The notes: generated by a model from the sequence alone, not told the origin. A stretch of DNA of 44,273 nt from an uncultured Ruminococcus sp. (GCA_902782645.1 CACZNV010000115.1:1-44273), one strand, 5' to 3'; numbered from the stretch's first letter, positions 20,212-29,574 are shown. Program-made: numbers and translations.

Positions 20212-21597
20212 TTGTTAACAGACTTGATTTCGGATTTTTCCGGCAGCTTCGAAAAAGATTCACACACAGAGCTCCGGGCACAGACAAATAAGACTCGGAA
20301 AGCAAATCTTCTGAACGGCAACCTGACCTCAAATTCGAGGTCGGAGTCCTCAGGTGTCAGCGCAAGAGTTTATAAAAAGGGCTTCTACGGCTTTTCATCC
20401 GCAGCTGAATACACGGCTGAGTCCTGCCGCAATGTTCTTAACGCCGCCACCGCCAATGCAGACTACTTTGCATCCCACCTTTCATCGGCAAAACCGGATC
20501 TTCCGCCCCTTCCCGCAGGCTCGGTTAGGGTTCAGGAAGACATAACCGACCCGGAACAAAAGTACTACATCGACTTCATGCGGGAAATCGACAGCTATAT
20601 CGCTAAAAAGTACCCCGATCTCTCCAGCCGCAGCATCACTGCCTACGCTGACTCCATGGAGAAGCTTCTTTGCGTTTCAAACGGCTATGATTCCCACTCA
20701 ATCATGCCCAGAAGCTACATTTATGTGCAAATGACGGCGCCGGACAAGGACGGTCAGCCTGTGGAGTTTTTTAAGGTTATTGGCGATTTCGGCACCTTTG
20801 ACAAAAATTTCAAGGATCCTGCGGCCCTGTTCCCTGCAATTGACAGCGCGTATAAGAGCCTTTGCGACAAAAAGCAGGCTGTTTATGCGGAAGCGGGCTT
20901 TAAAACCTGCATTTTGGCGCCATATATGACAGGAATGCTTGCCCATGAGGCTGTCGGACACACGGTGGAGGCGGATCTTGTTCTTGGCGGGTCTGTGGCA
21001 GGGCCCAATCTCGGAAAGATTGTTGCATCCGACAAGATTTCCCTTGTGGATTTTGCCCATACCGCCTTTGGAAAGCCTGTTCCGCTGCCTGTTTATGTTG
21101 ACGACGAGGGCACAAAGACCGAAGACGCCCTTCTTATTGACAAGGGACGTCTTGTGGGCTACATGAACAGCCGCGTAACCGCCAACCACTTCAATATGAC
21201 TCCAACCGGCAACGCCCGGGCCTACGGTTTCTACGACGAGCCTTTGATCAGAATGCGCAACACCGCGGTCCTTCCGGGCACCGACTCCCTGCAAAAGATG
21301 ATAGAATCCGTTGACGACGGCTACTATCTGCTGGATTCCAACAACGGACAGGCGGATACCACCGGCGAATTCATGTTCGGCGTAACCCTGGGCTATGAGA
21401 TCAAAAACGGCAAGCTTGGCAGAGCCATAAAAGACACCACCATTTCCGGGGTGGCTTTCGAAATGCTCAAGACCGTCGACATGGTTTCGGACGAGATGGA
21501 ATGGGTGAGCAGCGGTTTCTGCGGAAAGAAGCAGCCTATGCCCGTTGGAATGGGCGGCCCGTCCATCAAGTGCCGCGTCAACATTGGCGGCAGATAA
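20212..21597 (+). CDS. tldD: TldD-family metallopeptidase
   Basis: HEAVGH zinc motif (LAHEAVGHTVEAD). The track ORF starts at 20179, inside the predicted -10 element, so I prefer TTG 20212, which sits 8 nt after GGAGG. ATG 20197 is the alternative. Confidence 0.85.
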   Translation: MLTDLISDFSGSFEKDSHTELRAQTNKTRKANLLNGNLTSNSRSESSGVSARVYKKGFYGFSSAAEYTAESCRNVLNAATANADYFASHLSSAKPDLPPLPAGSVRVQEDITDPEQKYYIDFMREIDSYIAKKYPDLSSRSITAYADSMEKLLCVSNGYDSHSIMPRSYIYVQMTAPDKDGQPVEFFKVIGDFGTFDKNFKDPAALFPAIDSAYKSLCDKKQAVYAEAGFKTCILAPYMTGMLAHEAVGHTVEADLVLGGSVAGPNLGKIVASDKISLVDFAHTAFGKPVPLPVYVDDEGTKTEDALLIDKGRLVGYMNSRVTANHFNMTPTGNARAYGFYDEPLIRMRNTAVLPGTDSLQKMIESVDDGYYLLDSNNGQADTTGEFMFGVTLGYEIKNGKLGRAIKDTTISGVAFEMLKTVDMVSDEMEWVSSGFCGKKQPMPVGMGGPSIKCRVNIGGR

Positions 21598-21623
21598 AAT
21601 TTGCCTATATTTCGGAGGAAAAA

Positions 21624-22985
21624 ATGAGCTACTCTGTTATTTCATATGATCAAGTTAAAAGCGGCGAGGACAGAAAAAACATAGAGTTTCTGAGGTCCGT
21701 TGCCGCAAAATGCAGGAAACTGCTGGCAGACGCCAATGTGACCCGCTACACCTGCTCAGTCAGCAGGAGCACCAACAATGAGTTTAACGTTGACAGCGGT
21801 AAATTCAGTCTTTTCAGGACCCAGTTCACGGACGGCATGTCCCTGAGCGTTTACATTGGCGATAAGAAAGGTTCCGCATCCTTAAGTTCAAGCCTTGCGG
21901 AAGACGCCAATATAGAATCCGCCGTCAGAGACGCCGTGGCTTCTGCCCACGCAGCCGAAGACGATCCGGCCTGGGTTGTGGCGCCTAAAGAGGAGGACAA
22001 GATATTCCTGAGCGGCAACCTGGATTTTGACAGGGATGCCTTTTTCGGCAGACTGGCGGAGTTTTTGGACACTGTTAAGACGGATTACCCGCTGATTATG
22101 CTGGAACAGGTCATTTCCAACCACAGCAGGGGCATAAATCTGTACTTTAACTCCTCAGGCACTGAATATATATCCCTATCCGGCGCTTACTGCTCGGAAT
22201 ACTTCTATTCGGCCCACGACGGCGACAACTCCTCCTCCTTCATGGTGTCCGGCTACATGTTCAAGGACCTCGACAAGCCTTTTGTTAAGATAGGAAACCT
22301 GGAAAAGTCGCTGAAAGATGCACAAAACCAGATATATACCAAGCCTTTCGCAGGAAAGAAGATCGGCAAGCTCATCGCCACACCGTCTCTTGTGGACGAG
22401 CTGGTGTCCAGCGCCCTTGAAAACTTTGCAGACGACTACTGCATTCTGAACGGCACCTCAATCTGGATTGACAAGCTGGGCAAAAAGGTTGCCGACGACC
22501 GTCTCACCATATCCTTTAAGACGAACGGTGAAGATTTCGTAGGCGGACAGGCCTACTCAAGCGAAGGCTACCTCACAGAGGACTACAATATAATCGACAA
22601 GGGCGTATTGACGAATTTTGACATATCCGCCTACACCGCCAATAAAACGGGCTACAAACGCGCTCCCAACGGCGGATCAAATATGATTATAGAAAATGGC
22701 TCTAAGTCCATTGAGGATATGATAAAAGAAACCGAATTCGGTATATATGTGGCGCGCTTCTCCGGCGGAGCCCCCTCCATCAACGGAGACTTCTCCGGCG
22801 TCGCCAAAAACAGCTTCCTTATCGAAAACGGCAAGCTCACATCAGCGCTGTCCGAGACAATGATCTCTGGAAACCTTGCCGACCTGCTTAACAACATTGT
22901 TGACATATCAAAGGAGCAGGAGGCTGACGGAGCAAACCTGATACCCTACATCAGCTTTGACGGCGTAACCATTTCAGGGGAGTAA
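21624..22985 (+). CDS. pmbA: PmbA/TldE-family protein (partner of TldD)
   Basis: Track ORF 21501-22985 trimmed to the ATG at 21624 behind GGAGGAA. TldD/PmbA fold similarity without the HExxxH motif. Adjacent to tldD. Confidence 0.85.
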   Translation: MSYSVISYDQVKSGEDRKNIEFLRSVAAKCRKLLADANVTRYTCSVSRSTNNEFNVDSGKFSLFRTQFTDGMSLSVYIGDKKGSASLSSSLAEDANIESAVRDAVASAHAAEDDPAWVVAPKEEDKIFLSGNLDFDRDAFFGRLAEFLDTVKTDYPLIMLEQVISNHSRGINLYFNSSGTEYISLSGAYCSEYFYSAHDGDNSSSFMVSGYMFKDLDKPFVKIGNLEKSLKDAQNQIYTKPFAGKKIGKLIATPSLVDELVSSALENFADDYCILNGTSIWIDKLGKKVADDRLTISFKTNGEDFVGGQAYSSEGYLTEDYNIIDKGVLTNFDISAYTANKTGYKRAPNGGSNMIIENGSKSIEDMIKETEFGIYVARFSGGAPSINGDFSGVAKNSFLIENGKLTSALSETMISGNLADLLNNIVDISKEQEADGANLIPYISFDGVTISGE

Positions 22986-23005
22986 CTTACATACAAGGCT
23001 TAAAC

Positions 23006-23038
23006 GGGCCGGCAGGAAACTCTCCGGGCCGGCCCTTT
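23006..23038 (+). terminator. Intrinsic terminator after pmbA
   Basis: GGGCCGGC/GCCGGCCC stem (23006-23013 with 23028-23035) followed by TTT. Confidence 0.6.
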
Positions 23039-23106
23039 AACAAAGCCTTACCAGAAGAACAAAAAGCACATGCAGAATTAGCCTATTTTTAGGATTAATC
23101 AATTAA

Positions 23107-23122
23107 TGTTCCACGTGGAACA
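23107..23122. promoter_or_regulatory. parS: parS centromere-like ParB binding site
   Basis: TGTTCCACGTGGAACA matches every specified position of the Firmicutes consensus TGTTNCACGTGNAACA. It sits inside a perfect 20-bp palindrome AATGTTCCACGTGGAACATT (23105-23124) and is intergenic. Confidence 0.85.
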
Positions 23123-23221
23123 TTTAAGCGCTTTTACCAAAATCACGCCTTATGATTTTTCCTATTTTAGCGCAAATTCTTAACTTATTTAAAAATCACC
23201 CCACAGGAGATAAACAAACAT

Positions 23222-24313
23222 ATGCTTCGCCACTTTCAATTTGCCAAAACCCCTGCTTTTGACATCGGCCTGCACCGCATCACAAACGCCAAGGGCGAAT
23301 ATGCGGACATTCTCGATTACGGTGCCGTAATACACAAGCTCTGCGTCAGAAACGCCTCAGGAGGGCTCACAGATGTTGTACTCGGTTATGAGAAAGCTGA
23401 AGAGTACAACAACCGCAGCACATACCTTGGCGCTGCAATAGGCCGAATCACAAACCGGGTCTCAGGAGCGCGGTTTTCCTTTGAAGGCAAAACCTTCCGG
23501 CTCTTTGACACGGGAGGCGGCGTATCCAACCACGGAGGCGATGTTGGCTTTAACAGAAAGCTGTTCAAGCTGATAGAAGACGAATGCAGCGAAAACACGG
23601 TGGTGCTGGGCGTCCTTTCAGAAGACGGCGACGAAGGATACCCCGGAAACCTCGCTTACAAGGTAAAATATACTCTCACAGACAATTCTTCGCTGGTAAT
23701 AGAATATTTTGCCTCTACGGACAGCCGGACCGTGTTTAACACCACCAATCACTCAACCTTTAACCTTTCAGGCCATGACTCCCGCTCCACGATGCTGGAC
23801 ACCGTGCTCTGCATCAACGGAGACTATGTAATGCCTCTCGGAGCCGATTTTACTCCCACAGGGGAATTTAAGAATGTCAAAGGTACAATCTTCGATTTTA
23901 CATCGCCAAAGGAAATAGGCCGCGATATAAACAGCAAGGACAGCCAGATCGAGCTGGCAGGGGGATATGACATAAGCTACGTGAATGATCCCTTCAAAAA
24001 CCTGGTAATACCGTCAAATATCAGTAAAACAGAGGAATTTGAGGGCTTAAACAGCGTGGCATACGCATACAGCCGCAAATCGGGGGTCGCAATGGTTGTA
24101 CAGACAGACCTTCCCTGCCTTCAGTTCTACAGCGGCAACTTCCTCGTCAACTGCATCGGCAAGGGAGGCGCCGAGTATGATTTTCGCTACGGTTTCTGCC
24201 TTGAATCCCAGCTTTACCCTGACGGAATGAATAAAAAAACGTTTTCTCCCGTGTCTCTTTTCCCCGGAGAAAACTACTACAGCAAGACAGCTTATTCATT
24301 CGGCACTTTATAA
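23222..24313 (+). CDS. galM: Aldose 1-epimerase (mutarotase)
   Basis: Motifs NRVSGARF, NHGGD, NHSTFNLSG and FCLESQLYPD are typical of galactose mutarotase. Confidence 0.88.
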   Translation: MLRHFQFAKTPAFDIGLHRITNAKGEYADILDYGAVIHKLCVRNASGGLTDVVLGYEKAEEYNNRSTYLGAAIGRITNRVSGARFSFEGKTFRLFDTGGGVSNHGGDVGFNRKLFKLIEDECSENTVVLGVLSEDGDEGYPGNLAYKVKYTLTDNSSLVIEYFASTDSRTVFNTTNHSTFNLSGHDSRSTMLDTVLCINGDYVMPLGADFTPTGEFKNVKGTIFDFTSPKEIGRDINSKDSQIELAGGYDISYVNDPFKNLVIPSNISKTEEFEGLNSVAYAYSRKSGVAMVVQTDLPCLQFYSGNFLVNCIGKGGAEYDFRYGFCLESQLYPDGMNKKTFSPVSLFPGENYYSKTAYSFGTL

Positions 24314-24331
24314 TATAGCAAAATTATCAGA

Positions 24332-24368
24332 AAACCGGCGCCCCTGACTTTTCAACGGGCGCCGGTTT
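24332..24368. terminator. Bidirectional intrinsic terminator shared by galM and the thioesterase gene
   Basis: Perfect 12-bp stem AAACCGGCGCCC/GGGCGCCGGTTT with an A-run before and a T-run after. Confidence 0.8.
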
Positions 24369-24377
24369 CTTATAGAT

Positions 24378-24839
24378 TTATTTGTTTGATTCTCTAGATT
24401 TTCTGCGTTTAAGCCCTTCCTCGAACTCCTGACGCTGGCTCTCGTTTTCTATCTCCAGCAGCGGCACCTCGCAGGGAACGTCGTTTTCATCCATGGCCAC
24501 CATAGTGAGGTAAGCTTTGTTAATCAGTTTTCTCGTCCCGTCAAGGTTTTCAACGTAAGAAGTAACGCAAACTTCCATTGAAGTTCTTCCCACATAAGAT
24601 ATGTGTCCGCAGAGGATCACCGTGTCGTTGGCGAATGCAGGTGCCTTAAAGCTCAGCTCGGAAACATAGGCGGTAGTCACGTTCCTGTTGGAGTGTCTTC
24701 TGGCCACAACAGCAGCCACTATGTCTATCCAGGACATCAAAACGCCGCCGAAGAGACGCCCGAAGCCGTTCATATTCTCCTGTGTAAGTATCTGCACCTG
24801 CTCGGTGTAGGATTCGCTAGCTTTTTTAGTCGGTCTCAT
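24378..24839 (-). CDS. Acyl-CoA thioesterase (hotdog fold)
   Basis: Track ORF trimmed to MRPTKK (ATG at 24839). NGFGRLFGGVLMSWID and SFKAPAFANDTV resemble YciA/BFIT-type thioesterases. Confidence 0.8.
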   Translation of the reverse strand: MRPTKKASESYTEQVQILTQENMNGFGRLFGGVLMSWIDIVAAVVARRHSNRNVTTAYVSELSFKAPAFANDTVILCGHISYVGRTSMEVCVTSYVENLDGTRKLINKAYLTMVAMDENDVPCEVPLLEIENESQRQEFEEGLKRRKSRESNK

Positions 24840-25350
24840 TGGCGATTCTCCGGTATTTAGTAAAATAGTAGGCAACACCGCCGATATCATCCGTTTCGGC
24901 GTCGCTCAACCTCAAGCTGCTCCTGTAGACCAGGCGAAAAGCGCCGTTTTCGTCGATATTGGGGAAATAGGTGTCCTTTTCGAAGCTTTTATCTATCTTA
25001 GTTATGTAGCAGCAGTCGCAGAAGGGCAAAAACTGGCTGTAAATGCTGCCGCCGCCGATTACAAAAACGTCTGAAGGGTTCTCATTGGCGACAAGCGAAA
25101 GGGCATCCTCAACGGAACGTGCTATTTCAGCGTTTTCAACCTTGAAATCCGGCTTTCTGGAAAGAATAATGTTCCTGCGGCCCTTTAGGGGAGCTTTTCC
25201 CGGGAAGGTCTCCAGGGTCTTTGAGCCGTAAATGACGGTTTTTTCCTTGGTGAGCTTTGCGAAGTTCCGCAGGTCTGCCCTGATGCTTATAAGCAGGCTA
25301 TCTCTGCAGCCAATGCCCCACTCACTGTCCACGGCAACAATCAGATTCAT
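24826..25350 (-). CDS. folA: Dihydrofolate reductase
   Basis: MNLIVAVDSEWGIG, GRRNIILSR and VIGGGSIY motifs. Confidence 0.9.
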   Translation of the reverse strand: MNLIVAVDSEWGIGCRDSLLISIRADLRNFAKLTKEKTVIYGSKTLETFPGKAPLKGRRNIILSRKPDFKVENAEIARSVEDALSLVANENPSDVFVIGGGSIYSQFLPFCDCCYITKIDKSFEKDTYFPNIDENGAFRLVYRSSLRLSDAETDDIGGVAYYFTKYRRIANETD

Positions 25351-25368
25351 AACAAAGCCCCCTTTTTC

Positions 25369-26892
25369 TCACTTTCTGCCGAAAATCCCGTTGATTTCCC
25401 TGAAATAATCCGCGTCAATCCCGTTTATAACCTCATCCGTGGCTCTGAAGAGCCAGTTGCCCTTCGGGTCGCCGGGAATGTTCATTCTGCAGTCCTTGCC
25501 GTATCCGCACATATCCTGCAGCGATACCACCGCAAGCCTTGCAGGCGACTTCCAAACCGCCTCAATGAGAGCCCTGCAGGACTCGGACTTGTAGCCGCCC
25601 TCCTGCCAGTTTCCGCCCTTGTAGCCGCAGTACCGCAGTGCAAATGTCCTCTCTTCCGGCGCAGCCTCCCAGAGCCAGCCCAGCAGTGTGTTGTTGTCGT
25701 GGGTACCGGCGTAAGCAACTGTGTTTTTCTCGTAATTATGCGGCAGATTCGTGCTTTCCCCAGTCTCGTCGAAGGCAAACTGAATGACCTTCATTCCCGG
25801 AAGTCCCACCGCCTTAAGCAGTTCTTTCACGTCCTCGCCGAAAAGACCCAGATCCTCGGCAATGAGCCTGTCCTTGGAATAGCCCGGAATTGCCGCCAAG
25901 GCATCAAACAGATCCATTCCCGGCCCTTTGACCCAGGCGCCGCTCTTGGCGGTTTCTGCGTCTGCAGGTATCGCCCAATAGGAGGCCAAAGCTCTGAAAT
26001 GGTCGATTCTCACTATATCATATAGTTTAAGAGCGTTTGCCACCCTCTTTTTCCACCAGGAAAAGCCGTTCCTTTTCATTTCATCCCAGTCATAGAGGGG
26101 ATTGCCCCAAAGCTGACCGTCCTCGGAGAAATAGTCCGGAGGGACGCCGGCAACCTTTTCAGGTTTGAAAGTCACGGGATCAATCTGAAAATCCCGGATG
26201 TCGTCCCACACATCGGCGCTGTCGTAGCCAATATACAAGGGCATGTCACCGATAATCAGGATGCCGGCGTTGTTTGCATAGTCCCTGATTTCCTTCCATT
26301 GGCGGTAGAACAGAAACTGTGAAAAGCGGTGGAAGAAGGATAAATTTTCAGCTGCAGCCTTCTGTTCATCGCCAAGCCCGTCTGTCCAGGTGTTCCATGG
26401 GGTGTTTCCGTGAAGCTCCTTAAGAGCCTTGTACTCCGCGTAAGGGCGAAGCCATGCTTGGGAAGAAACAAAGGCAGAATACTCCGCAAACAAAGGAGAG
26501 GATTCGCCTTGGCGTTTAAAAGCCTCAAAGGCTTTGCGCAGCAGGGTGTTTTTCTTTTCTTTTGCGAAATTGTAGTCTACAGTGTGGGGCGTTCCGTAAT
26601 ATACGCAGTCCGAAACATCCGAGTCCGAAACAAGACCGAGAGGAAGAAGCCCCCGGGGGTCGATGTAAAGAACGTTTCCCGCAAAGGCGCTCTCGCCGCA
26701 ATAAGGCGAATTGCCCTCGTCAAGGGTTCCCAGCGGCAGCACCTGCCAGCAGGAAAAGCCCATGCTTCTAATTCTGTCGGCAAAGCGCTTCGCCTCGTCG
26801 CCGAAAACACCGATCCCGAAGGGACCGGGCAAAGAAGATATGCTGAGAAGAACACCCGCTCTTCGTTTCAAACCCGCTTCAGTGTTTGTCAT
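25369..26892 (-). CDS. malQ: 4-alpha-glucanotransferase (amylomaltase, GH77)
   Basis: GH77 motifs RIDHFRA, IAEDLG and GTHDNNT. Confidence 0.93.
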   Translation of the reverse strand: MTNTEAGLKRRAGVLLSISSLPGPFGIGVFGDEAKRFADRIRSMGFSCWQVLPLGTLDEGNSPYCGESAFAGNVLYIDPRGLLPLGLVSDSDVSDCVYYGTPHTVDYNFAKEKKNTLLRKAFEAFKRQGESSPLFAEYSAFVSSQAWLRPYAEYKALKELHGNTPWNTWTDGLGDEQKAAAENLSFFHRFSQFLFYRQWKEIRDYANNAGILIIGDMPLYIGYDSADVWDDIRDFQIDPVTFKPEKVAGVPPDYFSEDGQLWGNPLYDWDEMKRNGFSWWKKRVANALKLYDIVRIDHFRALASYWAIPADAETAKSGAWVKGPGMDLFDALAAIPGYSKDRLIAEDLGLFGEDVKELLKAVGLPGMKVIQFAFDETGESTNLPHNYEKNTVAYAGTHDNNTLLGWLWEAAPEERTFALRYCGYKGGNWQEGGYKSESCRALIEAVWKSPARLAVVSLQDMCGYGKDCRMNIPGDPKGNWLFRATDEVINGIDADYFREINGIFGRK

Positions 26893-26970
26893 TTTTCTCC
26901 TAAATTTAGGTAAATATTAAACTTTATGCCTGTGTATTTTCGAAACCGAAAACAGTTATCCTATGCAAAG

Positions 26971-27801
26971 TCAGATGGCAACCTCAAACTTCGGAATCTT
27001 GTCGCCGTGGACATAGTTTTCGACCTTAAAGCTGTCCGGAGTGAAGCTGTAGAAGTCTTTTATCGAGGGATCGAGGGTGACCTTAGGCGAGTCGTAGACA
27101 GGCCTTTTGATGAGCTCCTCGATAATTGGAATGTGTCTGTCGTAAATGTGGCAGTCAGCGATTACGTGAACAAATTCTCCGGGCTCAAGGCCTGAGGCCT
27201 GAGCAATCATCATAACGAGGGCTGCGTACTGGGCCACGTTCCAGCCATTGGCGGCAAGCATATCCTGGGACCTCTGATTCAGAATAGCGCAAAGCTTTCC
27301 GTCGGTCACGTTGAAAGTCATGCTGTAGGCGCAGGGGTAGAGGGCCATCTCCGAAAGATCCGCAAAGTTGTACAGATTGGTCATGATTCTTCTGCTGTAG
27401 GGCGTGTTCTTAAGGTCGTAGAGCACCTTGTCAATCATGTCAAAATCGCCCTCTTTATAGTGGTGTTTGACGCCGGCCTGGTACCCGTAGGCCTTTCCGA
27501 TGGTGCCGTTCTCGTCCGCCCAGCTGTCCCAGATGTGGCTGCCCAGATCTTTTATGTTATTAGACTTCTTCTGATAGATCCAGAGAATCTCGTCAACGGC
27601 AAGCTTCAGCGAAATGGGTCTCAGCGTGATGAGAGGAAACTCTTTTGAGAGGTCGTACCTGTTTACGACGCAAAAGAGCTTTTTGGTGTATGCGGGAGTG
27701 CCGTCCGGCCACTTCGGTCTGACTTTTTCGTCTCTGACCCAAGATCCGTTCTCAAGTATGTTTTTACATGTTTCGATAAATGCTACGTCAGCGGAACCCA
27801 T
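26971..27801 (-). CDS. thyA: Thymidylate synthase (ThyA type)
   Basis: ELLWI-like ILWIYQKK, RRIMTNLYN, the catalytic-Cys region ALYPCAYSMTF and DCHIYDRH. Confidence 0.93.
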   Translation of the reverse strand: MGSADVAFIETCKNILENGSWVRDEKVRPKWPDGTPAYTKKLFCVVNRYDLSKEFPLITLRPISLKLAVDEILWIYQKKSNNIKDLGSHIWDSWADENGTIGKAYGYQAGVKHHYKEGDFDMIDKVLYDLKNTPYSRRIMTNLYNFADLSEMALYPCAYSMTFNVTDGKLCAILNQRSQDMLAANGWNVAQYAALVMMIAQASGLEPGEFVHVIADCHIYDRHIPIIEELIKRPVYDSPKVTLDPSIKDFYSFTPDSFKVENYVHGDKIPKFEVAI

Positions 27802-27844
27802 AAAATATCCTCCCGTAAACCGTTTTTTGTCCTAAGACTAACCG

Positions 27845-27873
27845 ATTTTACTATTTTTTGCTCTCTCTTTCAA
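27845..27873 (-). promoter_or_regulatory. Candidate sigma-A promoter for thyA operon (TTGAAA-17-TAAAAT on - strand)
   Basis: Reverse complement of 27868-27873 is TTGAAA and of 27845-27850 is TAAAAT. Confidence 0.5.
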
Positions 27874-27894
27874 CTGGGAACGGCTTTGTTTCAC

Positions 27895-27926
27895 TGTGGG
27901 TTTCATTGTGGGTTTCTTGTGGTTTT
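27895..27926. promoter_or_regulatory. Three phased direct repeats TGTGGGTTT / TGTGGGTTT / TGTGGTTTT (DnaA-box-like, non-canonical)
   Basis: Copies at 27895-27903, 27907-27915 and 27918-27926, with spacing of 12 and 11 nt. They lie between the divergent thyA and dnaA promoters and are followed by a T/A-rich tract (27920-28040). Confidence 0.5.
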
Positions 27927-28040
27927 TTAAAATTTTAATAGTTACAATTTGTTGTATATCTTTATTGCGCTAAAGTCTATATGTTGTGTTTTTGGCTGTT
28001 TTCCGTAGTTTTTTTCAATTTTTTTATTGTTTTTTTCCTG

Positions 28041-28069
28041 TTGAAATCTCTTTTTCGTTTTGTTATACT
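28041..28069 (+). promoter_or_regulatory. Candidate extended -10 promoter for dnaA (TTGAAA-17-TGTTATACT)
   Basis: TTGAAA at 28041-28046, TG at 28061-28062, TATACT at 28064-28069. Confidence 0.55.
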
Positions 28070-28160
28070 CGTGAAACCCTCTACAAAAGATAAGCTAAGA
28101 TTTCAATAGCGGAGAATGTATCTTAATTTCTGTTCATTCTTCTCTTTTAAGGAGCCTCTT

Positions 28161-29546
28161 ATGAACTCACTGGATGGGTATTCATCTCTTTGGAACAGCT
28201 TCAAGACTCAGTACAAGCCGATACTCGGATCGGCCATCTTTTTCTCTACGTACATTGAGCCTTCCTCCATCGTCTACTTTGACGATGAGACTCTCGTTAT
28301 TTCCTGCGAGAATTCCCTTGCGGAGAAATTTTTCACAAAGCGCTACGATGCAGTAAACTCTGTTTTTACTGAGCTTATAGGTCACGAGTGCACCCTCGTC
28401 TTTTCTTCGGATAAGGAGGAGACCGCAAACTTTGTCAAACTGTCAAAGACCGGTGAAGGAAAACCCTCCGATATTGCGGAGTTCAGGCCCGCCGTTGAGA
28501 GCAACGTGGTCTCCTTCCGTCCTGCCGACAACGGCTCCAATCTCATCTCAAAGTACACATTCGACAATTTTGTGGTTGGCGATAACTGCCGTCAGGCTTA
28601 CAGCGTTGCCACTCAAATCGCCGCAAATCCGGGCGTTCTCTACAACCCGGTGTTCATTTACGCAAACTCAGGCCTCGGAAAGACCCACCTTCTTCACGCT
28701 ATCGGCAATGAAATCAAGAAGAACGACCCTTCCAAGCGCATTCTCTACATTCCCACGGAAACCTTCACGACGGACTATATCTCGTCAATTCAAAATAACA
28801 GGATGGACGAGTTCCGCCTCAAATACAGGTCCGTGGACGTGCTCCTCATTGACGATATCCAGTTCATCGCCAATAAATCCGGCACCCAGGAGGAGTTCTT
28901 TAACACCTTCAACGAGCTTTACGCCCACGACAAACAGATAGTTATCTGCAGCGACTGCAGAATTTCAGAGATAAACGCCCTTGCCGAGCGCCTCAAAACA
29001 CGTTTTGAAAACGGTTTCCAGACCACAATCGCCGCTCCGGACTACGAAGTCAGGTATGCGATCATGCTCAAGAAGAGCGAAGACATGGAAATGGACATCT
29101 CCAGAGAGATTATTGACTCCCTTGCCCAGTCCGAACTCACCAATGTGCGTGAAATCGAAGGCATCCTCAACCAGTTCAAGCTCCTGGCCTCCCACGGCGA
29201 AAAAATCACGATGGAAGCCGCCAAGGACGCTCTGAGCCACCTGAACATCTCCGAAATAAAAGAAGTCAACACAGACCTGATTCTGGACGTTGTCTCCCGT
29301 TATTTTGACGTAAAAGTTGATGATATACTCTCGAAAAACAGGTCAAGAGAACTGGTCAAGGCACGCCACATCGCCATGTATCTCTGCAGGACCATTCTCG
29401 GTCACTCGTATCAAAAAATTGCGGACGATTTCGGCGGACTCAACCACTCCTCAGTTCTTGACGGCTGCAAAAACGTGCAGGAAAGATACCACACAGACGA
29501 AGATGTCAAGGCTTACGTGGAAGAAATTAAAAAGCTTATTTCTTAA
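28161..29546 (+). CDS. dnaA: Chromosomal replication initiator protein DnaA
   Basis: Track ORF trimmed to the ATG at 28161 behind AAGGAG. AAA+ Walker A GLGKTHLLHA, Walker B LLIDDIQF, and the domain IV helix VKARHIAMYLCR. Confidence 0.96.
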   Translation: MNSLDGYSSLWNSFKTQYKPILGSAIFFSTYIEPSSIVYFDDETLVISCENSLAEKFFTKRYDAVNSVFTELIGHECTLVFSSDKEETANFVKLSKTGEGKPSDIAEFRPAVESNVVSFRPADNGSNLISKYTFDNFVVGDNCRQAYSVATQIAANPGVLYNPVFIYANSGLGKTHLLHAIGNEIKKNDPSKRILYIPTETFTTDYISSIQNNRMDEFRLKYRSVDVLLIDDIQFIANKSGTQEEFFNTFNELYAHDKQIVICSDCRISEINALAERLKTRFENGFQTTIAAPDYEVRYAIMLKKSEDMEMDISREIIDSLAQSELTNVREIEGILNQFKLLASHGEKITMEAAKDALSHLNISEIKEVNTDLILDVVSRYFDVKVDDILSKNRSRELVKARHIAMYLCRTILGHSYQKIADDFGGLNHSSVLDGCKNVQERYHTDEDVKAYVEEIKKLIS

Positions 29547-29574
29547 GCCTGCGGCTCAATTTTAAAGTCATGAA

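Noticed and set aside
23105-23124. Reading the 20-bp palindrome upstream of galM as a CcpA cre or LacI/GalR-type operator. A 25-codon ORF also starts at 23106.
   Set aside because: The half-site is 8 nt rather than the 7 nt of cre (TGWAANCGNTNWCA), and the sequence matches parS exactly. The small ORF has no credible RBS.
25195-25208. Other partial Noc-binding-site matches: TTTTCCCGGGAAGG here, CTTTCCCGGGTTAA at 40149-40162, and TTTTCCGGGAAAAT at 34541-34554.
   Set aside because: These matches are 10-11/14, roughly what chance predicts in 44 kb. The one at 40149 is also one arm of an RNA stem in the rpsL leader (TTCCCG/CGGGAA).
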